A DNA stretch of 49,393 nucleotides from the NCBI GenBank assembly GCA_036350935.1, contig JAZBOA010000095.1, positions 1-49,393 of the forward strand, given 5' to 3'. Every line of letters begins with the position of its first letter. Position 1 is the stretch's first letter. This DNA is from Anderseniella sp. (GTDB lineage: Bacteria; Pseudomonadota; Alphaproteobacteria; Rhizobiales; Aestuariivirgaceae). Shown here piece after piece: positions 36,031 to 45,576 of this stretch. The notes beneath the pieces are model-generated. The model ran no database searches. It saw only the letters and a list, made by a program, of their open reading frames with translations, and was not told where the DNA came from. The position numbers and the translations under genes are program-made.

Positions 36031-37629
36031 ATGAACGATGGCGGCGTGAGTGTTGGCGAGGCCCTGGTGGGGCTGCTGGAGGCGTATGGTGTCGACACGG
36101 TGTTCGGCATTCCGGGCGTACACAACGTTGAAATGTACAGGGCACTGCCGCGCTCGAGGATAACCCACATCCTGCCCCGCCATGAACAGGGCGCAGGCTT
36201 CATGGCCGATGGCTATGCCCGGGCAACCGGCAAACCGGGGGTATGCTTCACCATCACCGGGCCTGGCCTGACCAACATTCTCACCCCGATGGGCCAGGCC
36301 TGGTCGGATTCGGTGCCGATGCTGGTGATTTCCTCGACGCTCGACGTGAAGGACACCGGCCAGGGCCGTGGCCGCCTGCACGAGATGATCTCGCAGCTCG
36401 ATGCGGCGCGCTCCTGTGCGGCGCTTGCCGCTACCTGTTATACGGCCCGCGACGTGCAGGACCGGATTGCCGAGGCTTTCGCGCTGTTCGCCTCTGCCCG
36501 GCCCCGGCCTGCCTATATCGAGATTCCGCTCGATGTGCTGAAGTACCCGGCCGGTGAGGGCTGGTCGGCTCGGGCCCTGCCCGGGCGGCCCAAGGCAAGC
36601 GCCGATTCCGTTGACGAAGCAGCCTGCCGGCTCGCACATGCCCGCAAGCCGGTGATCATCCTGGGCGGTGGCGCCCGCCATGCCGGCGCGGCTGCAGCCG
36701 AGATTGCCGAGCATACCGGTGCCGTCATCTTCACCACGATCGCGGCCAAGGGCGCGGTGCCGGAAGCTCATCCGCTGCTGGCGGGCGCCCTGTTGCCAAA
36801 CCCGAAAGCCATGCAGTTCATCAACGAGGCGGACGTAGTGCTGGTGGCTGGCAGCGAGCTGTCCGAAACCGACCTCTGGGACCAGCAGTTTGACCTCAAG
36901 GGCAACCTGATTCGCGTCGATATCGACCCCGCGTCGCTGGCGCGCCCCTTCCCGGCGGACCTGCCGATCCTCGCCGATGCCGACTGCGCACTGCCGGCAA
37001 TCGCCTCGCGCTTTCACGACAAGTGTGACAGGACCGGTCGCATTGCCGAAGTTGCCGCCCTTCGCAGCGCCTGCGCCGAAAACGCAGACGGCATGCGCCG
37101 CACCATCGCAACCGTGCTGGAGACAGTCCGCGCCGCCTTGCCGGAAGATACCATCATCGCCTCCGACATGACCCAGATCGCCTATGCTGCCAACGAGGTG
37201 CTGCCGATGACCCGGCCGGCCTGCTATCTGCACCCCGTCGGATTCGGCACGCTGGGCTATGCCCTGCCGGCCGCAATCGGCGCGCGCGCCGGCGTGCTGG
37301 GCCAACCAGTTGTCGCGATGGCCGGTGACTATGGCTTCCAGTACACCTGCAACGAACTGGGTACGGCGGCAGAAATGGGCCAGCCGCTGGTGGTGCTGCT
37401 GTGGAACAACGATGCGCTGGGACAGATCCGCGACGACATGGTGTACAAGGGTATCCAGCCCAACGCCGTGACGCTGAAGAACCCGGACTTTGCCGCATTG
37501 GCGCGGTCCTATGGCTGCGAAGCCATGCAGCCGCAGTCGCTTGATGAGCTTGCCTCGGCGATTGCCTCCGCGCTGAAGGCGAAGGGTCCGGTGCTGATCG
37601 AGGTCCGGCCCTCCATCGTGAAGGGCTGA
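36031..37629 (+). CDS. aruI: ThDP-dependent 5-guanidino-2-oxopentanoate (2-ketoarginine) decarboxylase
   Basis: FGIPGVH, RHEQGAGFMADGYAR, ITGPG, ASDMTQ, GFGTLGY, GDYG...WNN. Confidence 0.8.
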   Translation: MNDGGVSVGEALVGLLEAYGVDTVFGIPGVHNVEMYRALPRSRITHILPRHEQGAGFMADGYARATGKPGVCFTITGPGLTNILTPMGQAWSDSVPMLVISSTLDVKDTGQGRGRLHEMISQLDAARSCAALAATCYTARDVQDRIAEAFALFASARPRPAYIEIPLDVLKYPAGEGWSARALPGRPKASADSVDEAACRLAHARKPVIILGGGARHAGAAAAEIAEHTGAVIFTTIAAKGAVPEAHPLLAGALLPNPKAMQFINEADVVLVAGSELSETDLWDQQFDLKGNLIRVDIDPASLARPFPADLPILADADCALPAIASRFHDKCDRTGRIAEVAALRSACAENADGMRRTIATVLETVRAALPEDTIIASDMTQIAYAANEVLPMTRPACYLHPVGFGTLGYALPAAIGARAGVLGQPVVAMAGDYGFQYTCNELGTAAEMGQPLVVLLWNNDALGQIRDDMVYKGIQPNAVTLKNPDFAALARSYGCEAMQPQSLDELASAIASALKAKGPVLIEVRPSIVKG

Positions 37630-37636
37630 AAAACCC

Positions 37637-38332
37637 ATGACCGCGCACCGGCATGCGGTGGTGTTCGATGTCGACGGCCCGCTGCTGGACCTGACTTCGC
37701 CGGAGGAGGATGCCTTCTTCGAGTCATTCCGGCTGTTGCACGGCATAGACGGACTGTCGCGCGACTGGGACAGCTACCGGGTGCGCAATGACCGCGAGAT
37801 CATCCACGAGATCCTTGAGAACCACCTGGGCGCTTCCTTCGGTGCGCACCACTACGATGAGGTGCTGTCGGCCTATGACCGCATCCTCACCGGCGGCTTT
37901 GCCTCGGGCCAGCTCAAGGTGACCCCGATCCCCGGCGCCGCGGAACTGCTGCACGCATTGAGCGGCATCAATGGACTGGCGCTCGGCACCGCCACCGCAA
38001 ACATTCGCCGGGCAGCTGAGATCCGGCTGCGCGCGGCAGGCTTCTGGGACCATGTCAGCCGCTATCCCGGCGCGGCGGACGAGGGCGGCCACAAGCACCA
38101 GGTGCTGGCGCGGGTGATCGCGGACATGGACCTGCCGCCGCAGCGCGTGGTCTATATCGGCGACAACCTGAATGACCTCGAAGCCGGCCAGGTCAATGGC
38201 ACACACTTCATCGGCTTTCACGTTGGCCCGGCCAAACGCCAGCGGCTGTTGGACCATGGCGCCCGCCACGTAACCGGTGATCATCGCGAGACGCTTGCCT
38301 TGATCCGGGATATGCTCAACATCGCACCATGA
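37637..38332 (+). CDS. HAD-superfamily hydrolase
   Basis: FDVDG, TAN, K, YIGDNLND motifs. Confidence 0.85.
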   Translation: MTAHRHAVVFDVDGPLLDLTSPEEDAFFESFRLLHGIDGLSRDWDSYRVRNDREIIHEILENHLGASFGAHHYDEVLSAYDRILTGGFASGQLKVTPIPGAAELLHALSGINGLALGTATANIRRAAEIRLRAAGFWDHVSRYPGAADEGGHKHQVLARVIADMDLPPQRVVYIGDNLNDLEAGQVNGTHFIGFHVGPAKRQRLLDHGARHVTGDHRETLALIRDMLNIAP

Positions 38333-39609
38333 GTGATCCTGCAATCGAGCTGAACGAGGACTGCAAGTCCATGCTGGCGGGCGGCAAGGGGCCGGCCACA
38401 CGATTCGCCATGCAACTTGTACTGCGCGCAGCCCAGGTCACCGGTGCGGCGCGGCTGGTGCCGGTCACCTTCGCCCATATCGACGCCTGCTTCTATGCAG
38501 GTCAGGCCCATGTTGATTTTGCCCGCTTCATGCTGGACGGCGGCGCCACCTTTGCGGTACCGGCCTGGACCAACAACGGGCTGGTGAGCCTCGTCAACAC
38601 CGAGGCGCGCGACCCGGAGACCGAGATGGCGCGCGGCGCGCGCGAACTGATGCAGCTTTACGCAGCGCTCGGCTGCAAGACGGTGTGGACCTGTGCGCCC
38701 TACCAGCTGCCCGGACGGCCCAAGGCGGGTGACCACATCGTCGTCGGCGAATCCAATGCGGTCAGCTTCTACAATGCCGTGGTGGGCGCGCGCACCAACA
38801 AGTACGGCGACTATCTCGACGTCGCTTGCGCCGTTACCGGCTACGCCCCCTTCTATGGCCTGCACACCGATGAAGGACGCAAGGCAACCATCCTGTTCGA
38901 CACCAGCGCCATTCCGGAAGACCTCAAGCGGCAGGACATCTACTTCCACCTGCTCGGCACGGTGATCGGCCAGCGCGCGGGCCATGCAGTCCCGGCCATC
39001 GATCAACTCGGCCCAGGCACCGGGGAAGATGCGCTGAAAGCCATCTCCGCCGCAGCAGCAGCCGCCGGTGGCGTTGAGCACTGGCATGGCATTGGCCGCA
39101 CACCGGAGGCGCCGGACCTGCAAACCGCCTTCGGAGGGCATAGTCCTCAGCGAGTCGAAACAATAACATTGAACGATCTTGCCGGCGCCCGCCGGCAACT
39201 TACCTCGTCCAGTGATGGGCCAGTGACCATGGTCGCCCTCGGCACCCCGCATTTCTCGTTCACCGAGTTTGCTGCGCTCACCCCGATGATTGCCGGCCGC
39301 AAGGTAAAAAGCGGCGTAAAACTGAGTATTTCCACCAGCCGCCACGTGCGCGATCTTGCCATTGAAAAGGGCTGGATTCCCCAGCTTGAAGCCGCTGGCG
39401 CCGAGATCATGGTGGACACCTGCAGCTACTTCTCACCCGCCATCCGAGGTTGCAAGGGCCGGGTCATGACCAACGCCGCCAAGTGGGCGTGGTACGCACC
39501 GGGACAGTTGAGCGTTGAAGTCTGTTTCGGCTCGCTACTGGAATGCGCCGAAACAGCTGTACGTGGCGAAGTCTGGCGTGATCCGCAACTGTGGCAGGGG
39601 CTCGACTGA
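38329..39609 (+). CDS. Aconitase X catalytic subunit (DUF521)
   Basis: AHID, WTCAPY, ESNAV...GARTN, LGTPHFS, DTC, TNAAKW. Confidence 0.88.
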   Translation: MSDPAIELNEDCKSMLAGGKGPATRFAMQLVLRAAQVTGAARLVPVTFAHIDACFYAGQAHVDFARFMLDGGATFAVPAWTNNGLVSLVNTEARDPETEMARGARELMQLYAALGCKTVWTCAPYQLPGRPKAGDHIVVGESNAVSFYNAVVGARTNKYGDYLDVACAVTGYAPFYGLHTDEGRKATILFDTSAIPEDLKRQDIYFHLLGTVIGQRAGHAVPAIDQLGPGTGEDALKAISAAAAAAGGVEHWHGIGRTPEAPDLQTAFGGHSPQRVETITLNDLAGARRQLTSSSDGPVTMVALGTPHFSFTEFAALTPMIAGRKVKSGVKLSISTSRHVRDLAIEKGWIPQLEAAGAEIMVDTCSYFSPAIRGCKGRVMTNAAKWAWYAPGQLSVEVCFGSLLECAETAVRGEVWRDPQLWQGLD

Positions 39610-40022
39610 TGGAGATACACGCCCGCATATTGTTCGACGGCTCTGCCGAGGCAGATGTCATGCGGTTGGGCGCACCGTTGAGTTTCTGGGGTGGTTTCGA
39701 TCCGCTATCAGGAATCATCCTCGACAACAACCACCCGCAGAAAGGGCAAAGCCTGAAAGGCAGGATACTGGTCATGCCGGCCACTCGCGGCTCAGGCGGC
39801 ACGCCCGGCGGCGTGGCTGAGGCCATCCGCAACGGCTCAGGTCCGGTGGCGGTGATCATGGGCGAGGGCGATGTCAACGTCATGGTGGGCGCCGCCGTGG
39901 CACAACAGCTCTACGGCCTCACCTGCCCGATCCTTGAAGTATCCGGCGCGGACTACGATGCCGTTGCAGCAGCCCGGCACCTGCGCATCCGCGAAGGCGG
40001 CATCATCGACATCGAGTTCTAA
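39609..40022 (+). CDS. Aconitase X swivel subunit (DUF126)
   Basis: LSFWGGFDP.SG.I...HP.G.SL.GRIL, RGS; TGATG coupling. Confidence 0.88.
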   Translation: MEIHARILFDGSAEADVMRLGAPLSFWGGFDPLSGIILDNNHPQKGQSLKGRILVMPATRGSGGTPGGVAEAIRNGSGPVAVIMGEGDVNVMVGAAVAQQLYGLTCPILEVSGADYDAVAAARHLRIREGGIIDIEF

Positions 40023-41566
40023 GCCTGCCAGTCTTTCAGTTCTTCCTTGCGCCGCGCCATGAACGCCTTGAGGGCTTCATCCACGGCCTCGTCCATAGCA
40101 GGTTCTTGATAGGCTTCAAGCATCTGTTTCCACACGCGATTTGCGCGCTCCGTGGCGGTTCTGGCGCCATCCTCATGCCAGCTTTCATAGTTTCGCCAGT
40201 CCGAAATCATCGGCGCGTAGAACGCGGTTTCGAAGCGCTCCAGAGTATGACCCGTGCCGAAGAAATGCCCGCCGGGTTCCACGCTCTTGATGGCGTCCAC
40301 CGCCAGGGCCTCGTCGCTCACATCGAAAGGCTTCAGGCTTGCCGCCCACTGCCGGATCATCTCCGCATCGACCACGGTCTTCTCCAGCGAAGCCGACAAC
40401 CCGCCTTCCAGCCAGCCAAGGCCGTGATGCACAACGTTGACGTGGCCCATCACGCAGGCCCACAGCGACATGGCGGTCTCATAGGTCGATTGCGCGTCGA
40501 CGCAATTGGAGGCGTTCACGTTCGACGACCGGTAGGGCAGCCTGAAATGACGCGCCAGCTGGCCGCCGATCAGCACCGCCTGCACATATTCCGGCGTACC
40601 GAAGGCTGGTGCGCCGCTCTTCATGTCGACATTGGAGGTAAACCCGCCGAACAGCACCGGCGCGCCCGGGTTGGCCATCTGCGCCAGCGCGATCACGCCA
40701 AGCGCCTCAGCCGTCTGCTGCACCAGCGCACCAGCCACCGTAACCGGGCTCATGGCGCCGGCCAGCGTGAACGGGGTTATGGCGACCGCCTGGCCGTACT
40801 CGCCGAAGCAAAGGAGGCCATCGAGCAGTTCCTCGTCTACCCGGCGTGGGCTGTTGACGTTGAACGAGGTCACCAGCGAGCACTGGGACCTGATCTGGTC
40901 CAGGCTGACGCCCCGGGCGATCGCCGCCATCTCGATGGCGTCCATGGCGCGGAACCGTGACACCGACCGCACGAACGCGGCCCGGTCCGTGTAGCGCAGG
41001 ATCGCATAGGCATTGTCGAGATGCCGCGTCGGCACCGGCAGGTCCATCGGTTCGACGATGGAACCGCCCATCATGTGCGCCACGCCCAGCGAGTGGTTGA
41101 GCTTCACCAGGTTGACGAGGTCCTGATAGCTGCCGGAGCGGCGGCCCTTGTCGATGTCGTTGATGTTGGGTGGCGAGCCCACCGTGTTGAAGTTGACAGT
41201 GTTGCCGCCGATGACAGTGTCTCGCCCGGGGTTGCGGGCGTGCAGGTCATATCGCTCCGGCGCCAGCGCCACGAAATGCTCAACCGTGGCCCGGTCCATC
41301 CGCACCAGCTTCGTCGCCCGGTCCACCTTGCAGCCATTGGCGGCATAGATGTCGAGACAGCGATCCGAGAGGATTTCCAGCCCCGCCTCTTCGAGTACCC
41401 GGTACGCCGCATGAACGATGCGCATCAGCTGGTCCTGGCCGATCAGTTCCAGCGGCGGCAGCGGATTGACCAGCGGCGGCAGCACTTGCGGCAAGCCTGT
41501 CCCGCCACGGCCATCGCGGGCATGTCCGCCCCTGCCCCGGCGCCTGGCGCCCTCACGGCCTGTCAT
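40019..41566 (-). CDS. Non-pyrrolysine MttB-family (trimethylamine/betaine) methyltransferase
   Basis: NVNSPR, TPFTLAGAMSPVT, SNVDMKSGAPAFGTPE, GWLEGG; no in-frame amber codon. Confidence 0.9.
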   Translation of the reverse strand: MTGREGARRRGRGGHARDGRGGTGLPQVLPPLVNPLPPLELIGQDQLMRIVHAAYRVLEEAGLEILSDRCLDIYAANGCKVDRATKLVRMDRATVEHFVALAPERYDLHARNPGRDTVIGGNTVNFNTVGSPPNINDIDKGRRSGSYQDLVNLVKLNHSLGVAHMMGGSIVEPMDLPVPTRHLDNAYAILRYTDRAAFVRSVSRFRAMDAIEMAAIARGVSLDQIRSQCSLVTSFNVNSPRRVDEELLDGLLCFGEYGQAVAITPFTLAGAMSPVTVAGALVQQTAEALGVIALAQMANPGAPVLFGGFTSNVDMKSGAPAFGTPEYVQAVLIGGQLARHFRLPYRSSNVNASNCVDAQSTYETAMSLWACVMGHVNVVHHGLGWLEGGLSASLEKTVVDAEMIRQWAASLKPFDVSDEALAVDAIKSVEPGGHFFGTGHTLERFETAFYAPMISDWRNYESWHEDGARTATERANRVWKQMLEAYQEPAMDEAVDEALKAFMARRKEELKDWQA

Positions 41567-41747
41567 GACTTCGCTCCCGCCCTGTTTCCTGTCGCCAAGC
41601 TAGGCGCACACTGGCCCCCGGGCATGACAGATAGGGACAGCAACTTGGCCGCAGGCGACAAACATTGACATTGCTCCTGATCCGCGCTGAAAGCTGCGAC
41701 AAGAGTGACCGCAACGCGCCGGCATTCCGGCAAGGCACGGAAGCAAC

Positions 41748-42659
41748 ATGATCAGCCCGACCAGACTGACCCACCTGCGCCAGCTTGAAGCCGAGAGCAT
41801 CCACATCATGCGCGAGGTCGCCGCCCAGTGCGAGCGCCCGGTCATGCTGTACTCGATCGGCAAGGACTCGGCCGTCATGCTGCACCTCGCGATGAAGGCG
41901 TTCTATCCGGCCAAGCCGCCGTTTCCGCTGCTCCACGTGGACACCACCTGGAAGTTCCGCGCCATGATCGAGTTCCGCGACCAGCTGGCGAAGGAGCTCG
42001 GTTTCGATCTGCTGGTGCACACCAACCAGGAAGGCCTCAAGGCCGGCGTCAACCCGTTCTCGGTGGGGTCGGCCCGCCACACCGACATCATGAAGACCGA
42101 GGCGCTGAAACAGGCGCTCGACATGTACGGCTTCGACGCAGCCTTCGGGGGCGCACGCCGCGACGAGGAAAAATCACGCGCCAAGGAGCGCATCTTCTCG
42201 TTCCGCAACGCCCAGCACCGCTGGGACCCGAAGAACCAGCGCCCGGAACTGTGGCGCACCTACAACACCCGCATCAACAAGGGTGAGTCAATGCGGGTGT
42301 TCCCGCTGTCCAACTGGACCGAGCTCGACATCTGGCAGTACATCCGCGACGAGAACATCCCCATCGTGCCCCTGTACTTCGCCGCCGAGCGCCCCGTGGT
42401 GCGCCGTGGCAACGACCTGATCATGGTCGATGATGACCGGATGCCGCTTCAGCCCGGCGAGAAGCCGGAAATGAAGATGGTGCGCTTCCGCACGTTGGGC
42501 TGTTACCCGCTGACCGGCGCCACCGAGAGTTCAGCCGACACGCTGGAAGCCATCATCGCCGAGATGCTGGTCACCACCACCTCCGAGCGCGCCGGCCGGG
42601 TCATCGACCACGACCAGTCCGCCTCCATGGAGAAGAAGAAGCAGGAGGGCTATTTCTGA
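41748..42659 (+). CDS. cysD: Sulfate adenylyltransferase subunit 2
   Basis: [46 protein letters not shown]. Confidence 0.97.
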   Translation: MISPTRLTHLRQLEAESIHIMREVAAQCERPVMLYSIGKDSAVMLHLAMKAFYPAKPPFPLLHVDTTWKFRAMIEFRDQLAKELGFDLLVHTNQEGLKAGVNPFSVGSARHTDIMKTEALKQALDMYGFDAAFGGARRDEEKSRAKERIFSFRNAQHRWDPKNQRPELWRTYNTRINKGESMRVFPLSNWTELDIWQYIRDENIPIVPLYFAAERPVVRRGNDLIMVDDDRMPLQPGEKPEMKMVRFRTLGCYPLTGATESSADTLEAIIAEMLVTTTSERAGRVIDHDQSASMEKKKQEGYF

Positions 42660-44560
42660 TGCGCCCGCTCGACCTGACTGCCGACAACATTGCCGACTAC
42701 CTTGCCGAACAGTCGGCCAAGGACATGCTGCGCTTCATCACCTGCGGCTCGGTGGACGACGGCAAGTCCACGCTGATCGGCCGGCTGCTGTTTGAATCGA
42801 AGCTGATCTTCGATGACCAGTTGGCCGCGCTCGAAGCCGATTCGAAGCGCATGGGCACGCAAGGCCAGAACATCGACTTCGCGCTGCTGGTGGACGGCCT
42901 GGCGGCCGAGCGCGAACAGGGGATCACCATCGACGTGGCCTATCGCGCCTTCACCACGCCGAAGCGCAAGTTCATCGTCGCCGACACGCCGGGCCACGAG
43001 CAGTACACCCGCAACATGGCCACCGGCGCCTCCACGGCGGATCTTGCCGTTCTGCTGGTGGATGCCTCAAAGGGCATCCTCACCCAGACGCGGCGCCATG
43101 CCTACATCACCACCCTGCTCGGCATTCGCCACCTGGTGCTGGCGATCAACAAGATGGATCTCGTCAACTTCGGCCAGGCCACCTTTGAAAAGATCGAGCA
43201 GGACTTCCACGTCTTCGCCGAGGAGATTGGCGCAGGCGAGGTGACCTGCATCCCGATGTCGGCGCTGGGTGGCTGCAACGTCACCGGGCGCGGCGCCGAG
43301 ACGCCCTGGTACTCTGGCCCCACGCTGCTTGAACATCTCGAAACCATCGACATAACGTCAGCCGAAACGGACAAGCCCGCCCGCATGCCGGTGCAGTGGG
43401 TGTGCCGCCCCGACCAGACCTTCCGGGGCTTTGCCGGCGTCATGACCGCTGGCACCCTGCAGCCCGGAGACCCGGTGAAGATCCTGCCCTCGGCGCGCGA
43501 AAGCCGGGTCAAGCGCATCGTCACCATGGACGGCGACCTCGACGCGGCAGTGGCCGGCCAGTCGGTCATGCTGACGCTCGAACACGAGATCGACGCCAGC
43601 CGCGGCAGCGTCATCTGCGCCGCCGATGCACCGGTGCAGGTGGCCGACCAGTTCGAGGTGCAGGTATTGTGGATGGGCGACGAGGAAATGCTGCCCGGCC
43701 GGCCCTACCTGATCAAGCTGGGCACCCGCACTGTGCCCGGCAAGCTGGCCACGCCGAAATACGAGGTCAACGTCAACACGCTGGAGCACACCGCCGCGCG
43801 CACCCTTGCGCTCAATGAAATCGGCGTCTGCAACCTGTCGCTTGACGAGCAGGTGCCGTTCACGCCGTACGAGGAAGACCGCGACCTCGGCGGCTTCATC
43901 ATCATCGACCGCTACACCAACAATACCGTGGGCCTTGGCCTCATCCACTTTGCGCTGCGCCGCGCCAGCAATATTCACTGGCAGGCGCTGGACGTGAACA
44001 AGCAGACCCGCGCCGCCACCAAGAACCAGAAGCCGACGGTGCTGTGGTTCACCGGCCTGTCCGGTTCGGGCAAGTCCACGGTCGCCAACATCGTCGAGAA
44101 GCGGCTGACCGCCATGGGCCACCACACCTATCTGCTCGACGGCGACAATGTCCGCCATGGCCTCAACCGCGACCTCGGCTTCACCGACGCCGACCGGGTG
44201 GAGAACATCCGCCGCGTCTCGGAGGTTGCCAGGCTGATGGCCGATGCAGGCCTCATCGTGCTGGTCTCGTTCATCTCGCCGTTCCGCTCCGAACGCCGCA
44301 TGGCGCGCGAAATGCTGGAGGCTGGCGAGTTTGTGGAGATTCACGTCGACACGCCGCTGGAAGTGTGCGAGGCCCGCGACGTGAAGGGCCTCTATGCCAA
44401 GGCGCGCGCCGGCCAGATCAAGAACTTTACCGGCATCGACAGCGACTACGAGGCGCCCGAAAATGCCGAGATCCGCATCGACACCAGCCAGAAGACGCCC
44501 GACGTCACCGCTGGTGAGATCATCGAATACCTCGAAAATGCAGGAAGGTTGAAACCCTGA
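42659..44560 (+). CDS. cysNC: Bifunctional sulfate adenylyltransferase subunit 1 / APS kinase (NodQ-like)
   Basis: [14 protein letters not shown] and NKMD GTPase motifs plus C-terminal [12 protein letters not shown] and LDGDNVR. Confidence 0.96.
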   Translation: MRPLDLTADNIADYLAEQSAKDMLRFITCGSVDDGKSTLIGRLLFESKLIFDDQLAALEADSKRMGTQGQNIDFALLVDGLAAEREQGITIDVAYRAFTTPKRKFIVADTPGHEQYTRNMATGASTADLAVLLVDASKGILTQTRRHAYITTLLGIRHLVLAINKMDLVNFGQATFEKIEQDFHVFAEEIGAGEVTCIPMSALGGCNVTGRGAETPWYSGPTLLEHLETIDITSAETDKPARMPVQWVCRPDQTFRGFAGVMTAGTLQPGDPVKILPSARESRVKRIVTMDGDLDAAVAGQSVMLTLEHEIDASRGSVICAADAPVQVADQFEVQVLWMGDEEMLPGRPYLIKLGTRTVPGKLATPKYEVNVNTLEHTAARTLALNEIGVCNLSLDEQVPFTPYEEDRDLGGFIIIDRYTNNTVGLGLIHFALRRASNIHWQALDVNKQTRAATKNQKPTVLWFTGLSGSGKSTVANIVEKRLTAMGHHTYLLDGDNVRHGLNRDLGFTDADRVENIRRVSEVARLMADAGLIVLVSFISPFRSERRMAREMLEAGEFVEIHVDTPLEVCEARDVKGLYAKARAGQIKNFTGIDSDYEAPENAEIRIDTSQKTPDVTAGEIIEYLENAGRLKP

Positions 44561-45576
44561 TGAGCCACACCCACGATCCCGTCATGCTGACCTGGCTGAA
44601 CGGCCCGGATGTCGATGCGCTCGACATGACCAATGACGAGATCCTGGCGGCGGTAGAGCAAGGCCTCAAGGCGCAAGGCACCCCCGGCGGCGCGGTCATC
44701 GAGCCCCGCATGCACCTGACGCCGGACCCCGCATTCAATGGCCACTTCAACGTGCTGCGCGGTTACGTGGCGCCGATGGGCCTGGCAGGCGTGAAGATCG
44801 TCGGTGACTATGTCGACAACTACAAGCGCGGCCTGCCGTCGGAAATGGCGCTGCTCAACCTGTTCGATCCGCAAACCGGCATGCCGAAGGCCATCCTTGA
44901 TGCGACCTTGATCACCGATGCCCGCACCGGCGCCCTGACGGCGCTGGGCGCGCGTCATCTGGCGCGCAAGAACTCGAAAGTTCTCGGCCATGTCGGCGCC
45001 CGCGGCACCGCCTACTGGAACGTCCGGCTGCTCGATCACCTGTTCGACTTTGACGAGATCAGGGTGCACTCGCGCCGCCCCGAAAGCCGCGACGCATTTG
45101 CAGCAAAGCTGGAAGCTGACCTCGGCAAGAAGATCACCGTGACGGACAACTGGCGCGACTGCCTGGAAGGCGCGGACATCATGGTCGAGGCCTCGCGTCT
45201 CAACGAACGGCAGGAACTCTTCAGCTCTGACTGGGTAACGCCCGGCACCTGCGTGATTCCCTACGGCACCGTGTCGGCGCTCGACATGCGCATGACCGGG
45301 ATCATGGACAAGATCGTCATCGACGATTTCAGCCAGTTCCGCGCCGGCAAGCTGGGCGCACTGCGGCCTCACATCGATGCAGGCCTCGTCAGCGAGGAAA
45401 CAGTTCACGCCGAGCTCTGCCAGATCATTACGGGTGCGAAACAGGGCCGCGAGCGTGATGACGAGACCATCCTGTTCTGGCATCGCGGCTTGTCGCTGTC
45501 CGACATCGCACTGGGCGCTGCCATGCTGGAGAAAGCCGCCCGGCTTGGCATCGGCCAGCAGCTTCGTTACCGGTAA
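44560..45576 (+). CDS. Ornithine cyclodeaminase/mu-crystallin-family protein
   Basis: GVKIV, ITDARTGA, GARGTA, GRERDDE, GLSLSDIA. Confidence 0.85.
   Translation: MSHTHDPVMLTWLNGPDVDALDMTNDEILAAVEQGLKAQGTPGGAVIEPRMHLTPDPAFNGHFNVLRGYVAPMGLAGVKIVGDYVDNYKRGLPSEMALLNLFDPQTGMPKAILDATLITDARTGALTALGARHLARKNSKVLGHVGARGTAYWNVRLLDHLFDFDEIRVHSRRPESRDAFAAKLEADLGKKITVTDNWRDCLEGADIMVEASRLNERQELFSSDWVTPGTCVIPYGTVSALDMRMTGIMDKIVIDDFSQFRAGKLGALRPHIDAGLVSEETVHAELCQIITGAKQGRERDDETILFWHRGLSLSDIALGAAMLEKAARLGIGQQLRYR

Noticed and set aside
35491-37746. 751-aa antisense ORF, and similar long shadow ORFs such as 4237..5733 and 46476..47552
   Set aside because: They mirror well-supported genes; high GC3 suppresses antisense stop codons; no recognisable motifs.
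38329-40022. Archaeal-type mevalonate pathway via AcnX
   Set aside because: No other mevalonate genes in the window, and ispG indicates the MEP pathway.
40019-41566. Pyrrolysine recoding in MttB
   Set aside because: The frame is open with no internal TAG.
41748-44560. Nodulation genes nodPQ
   Set aside because: No nod genes or nod box; cysD/cysNC is the simpler call.
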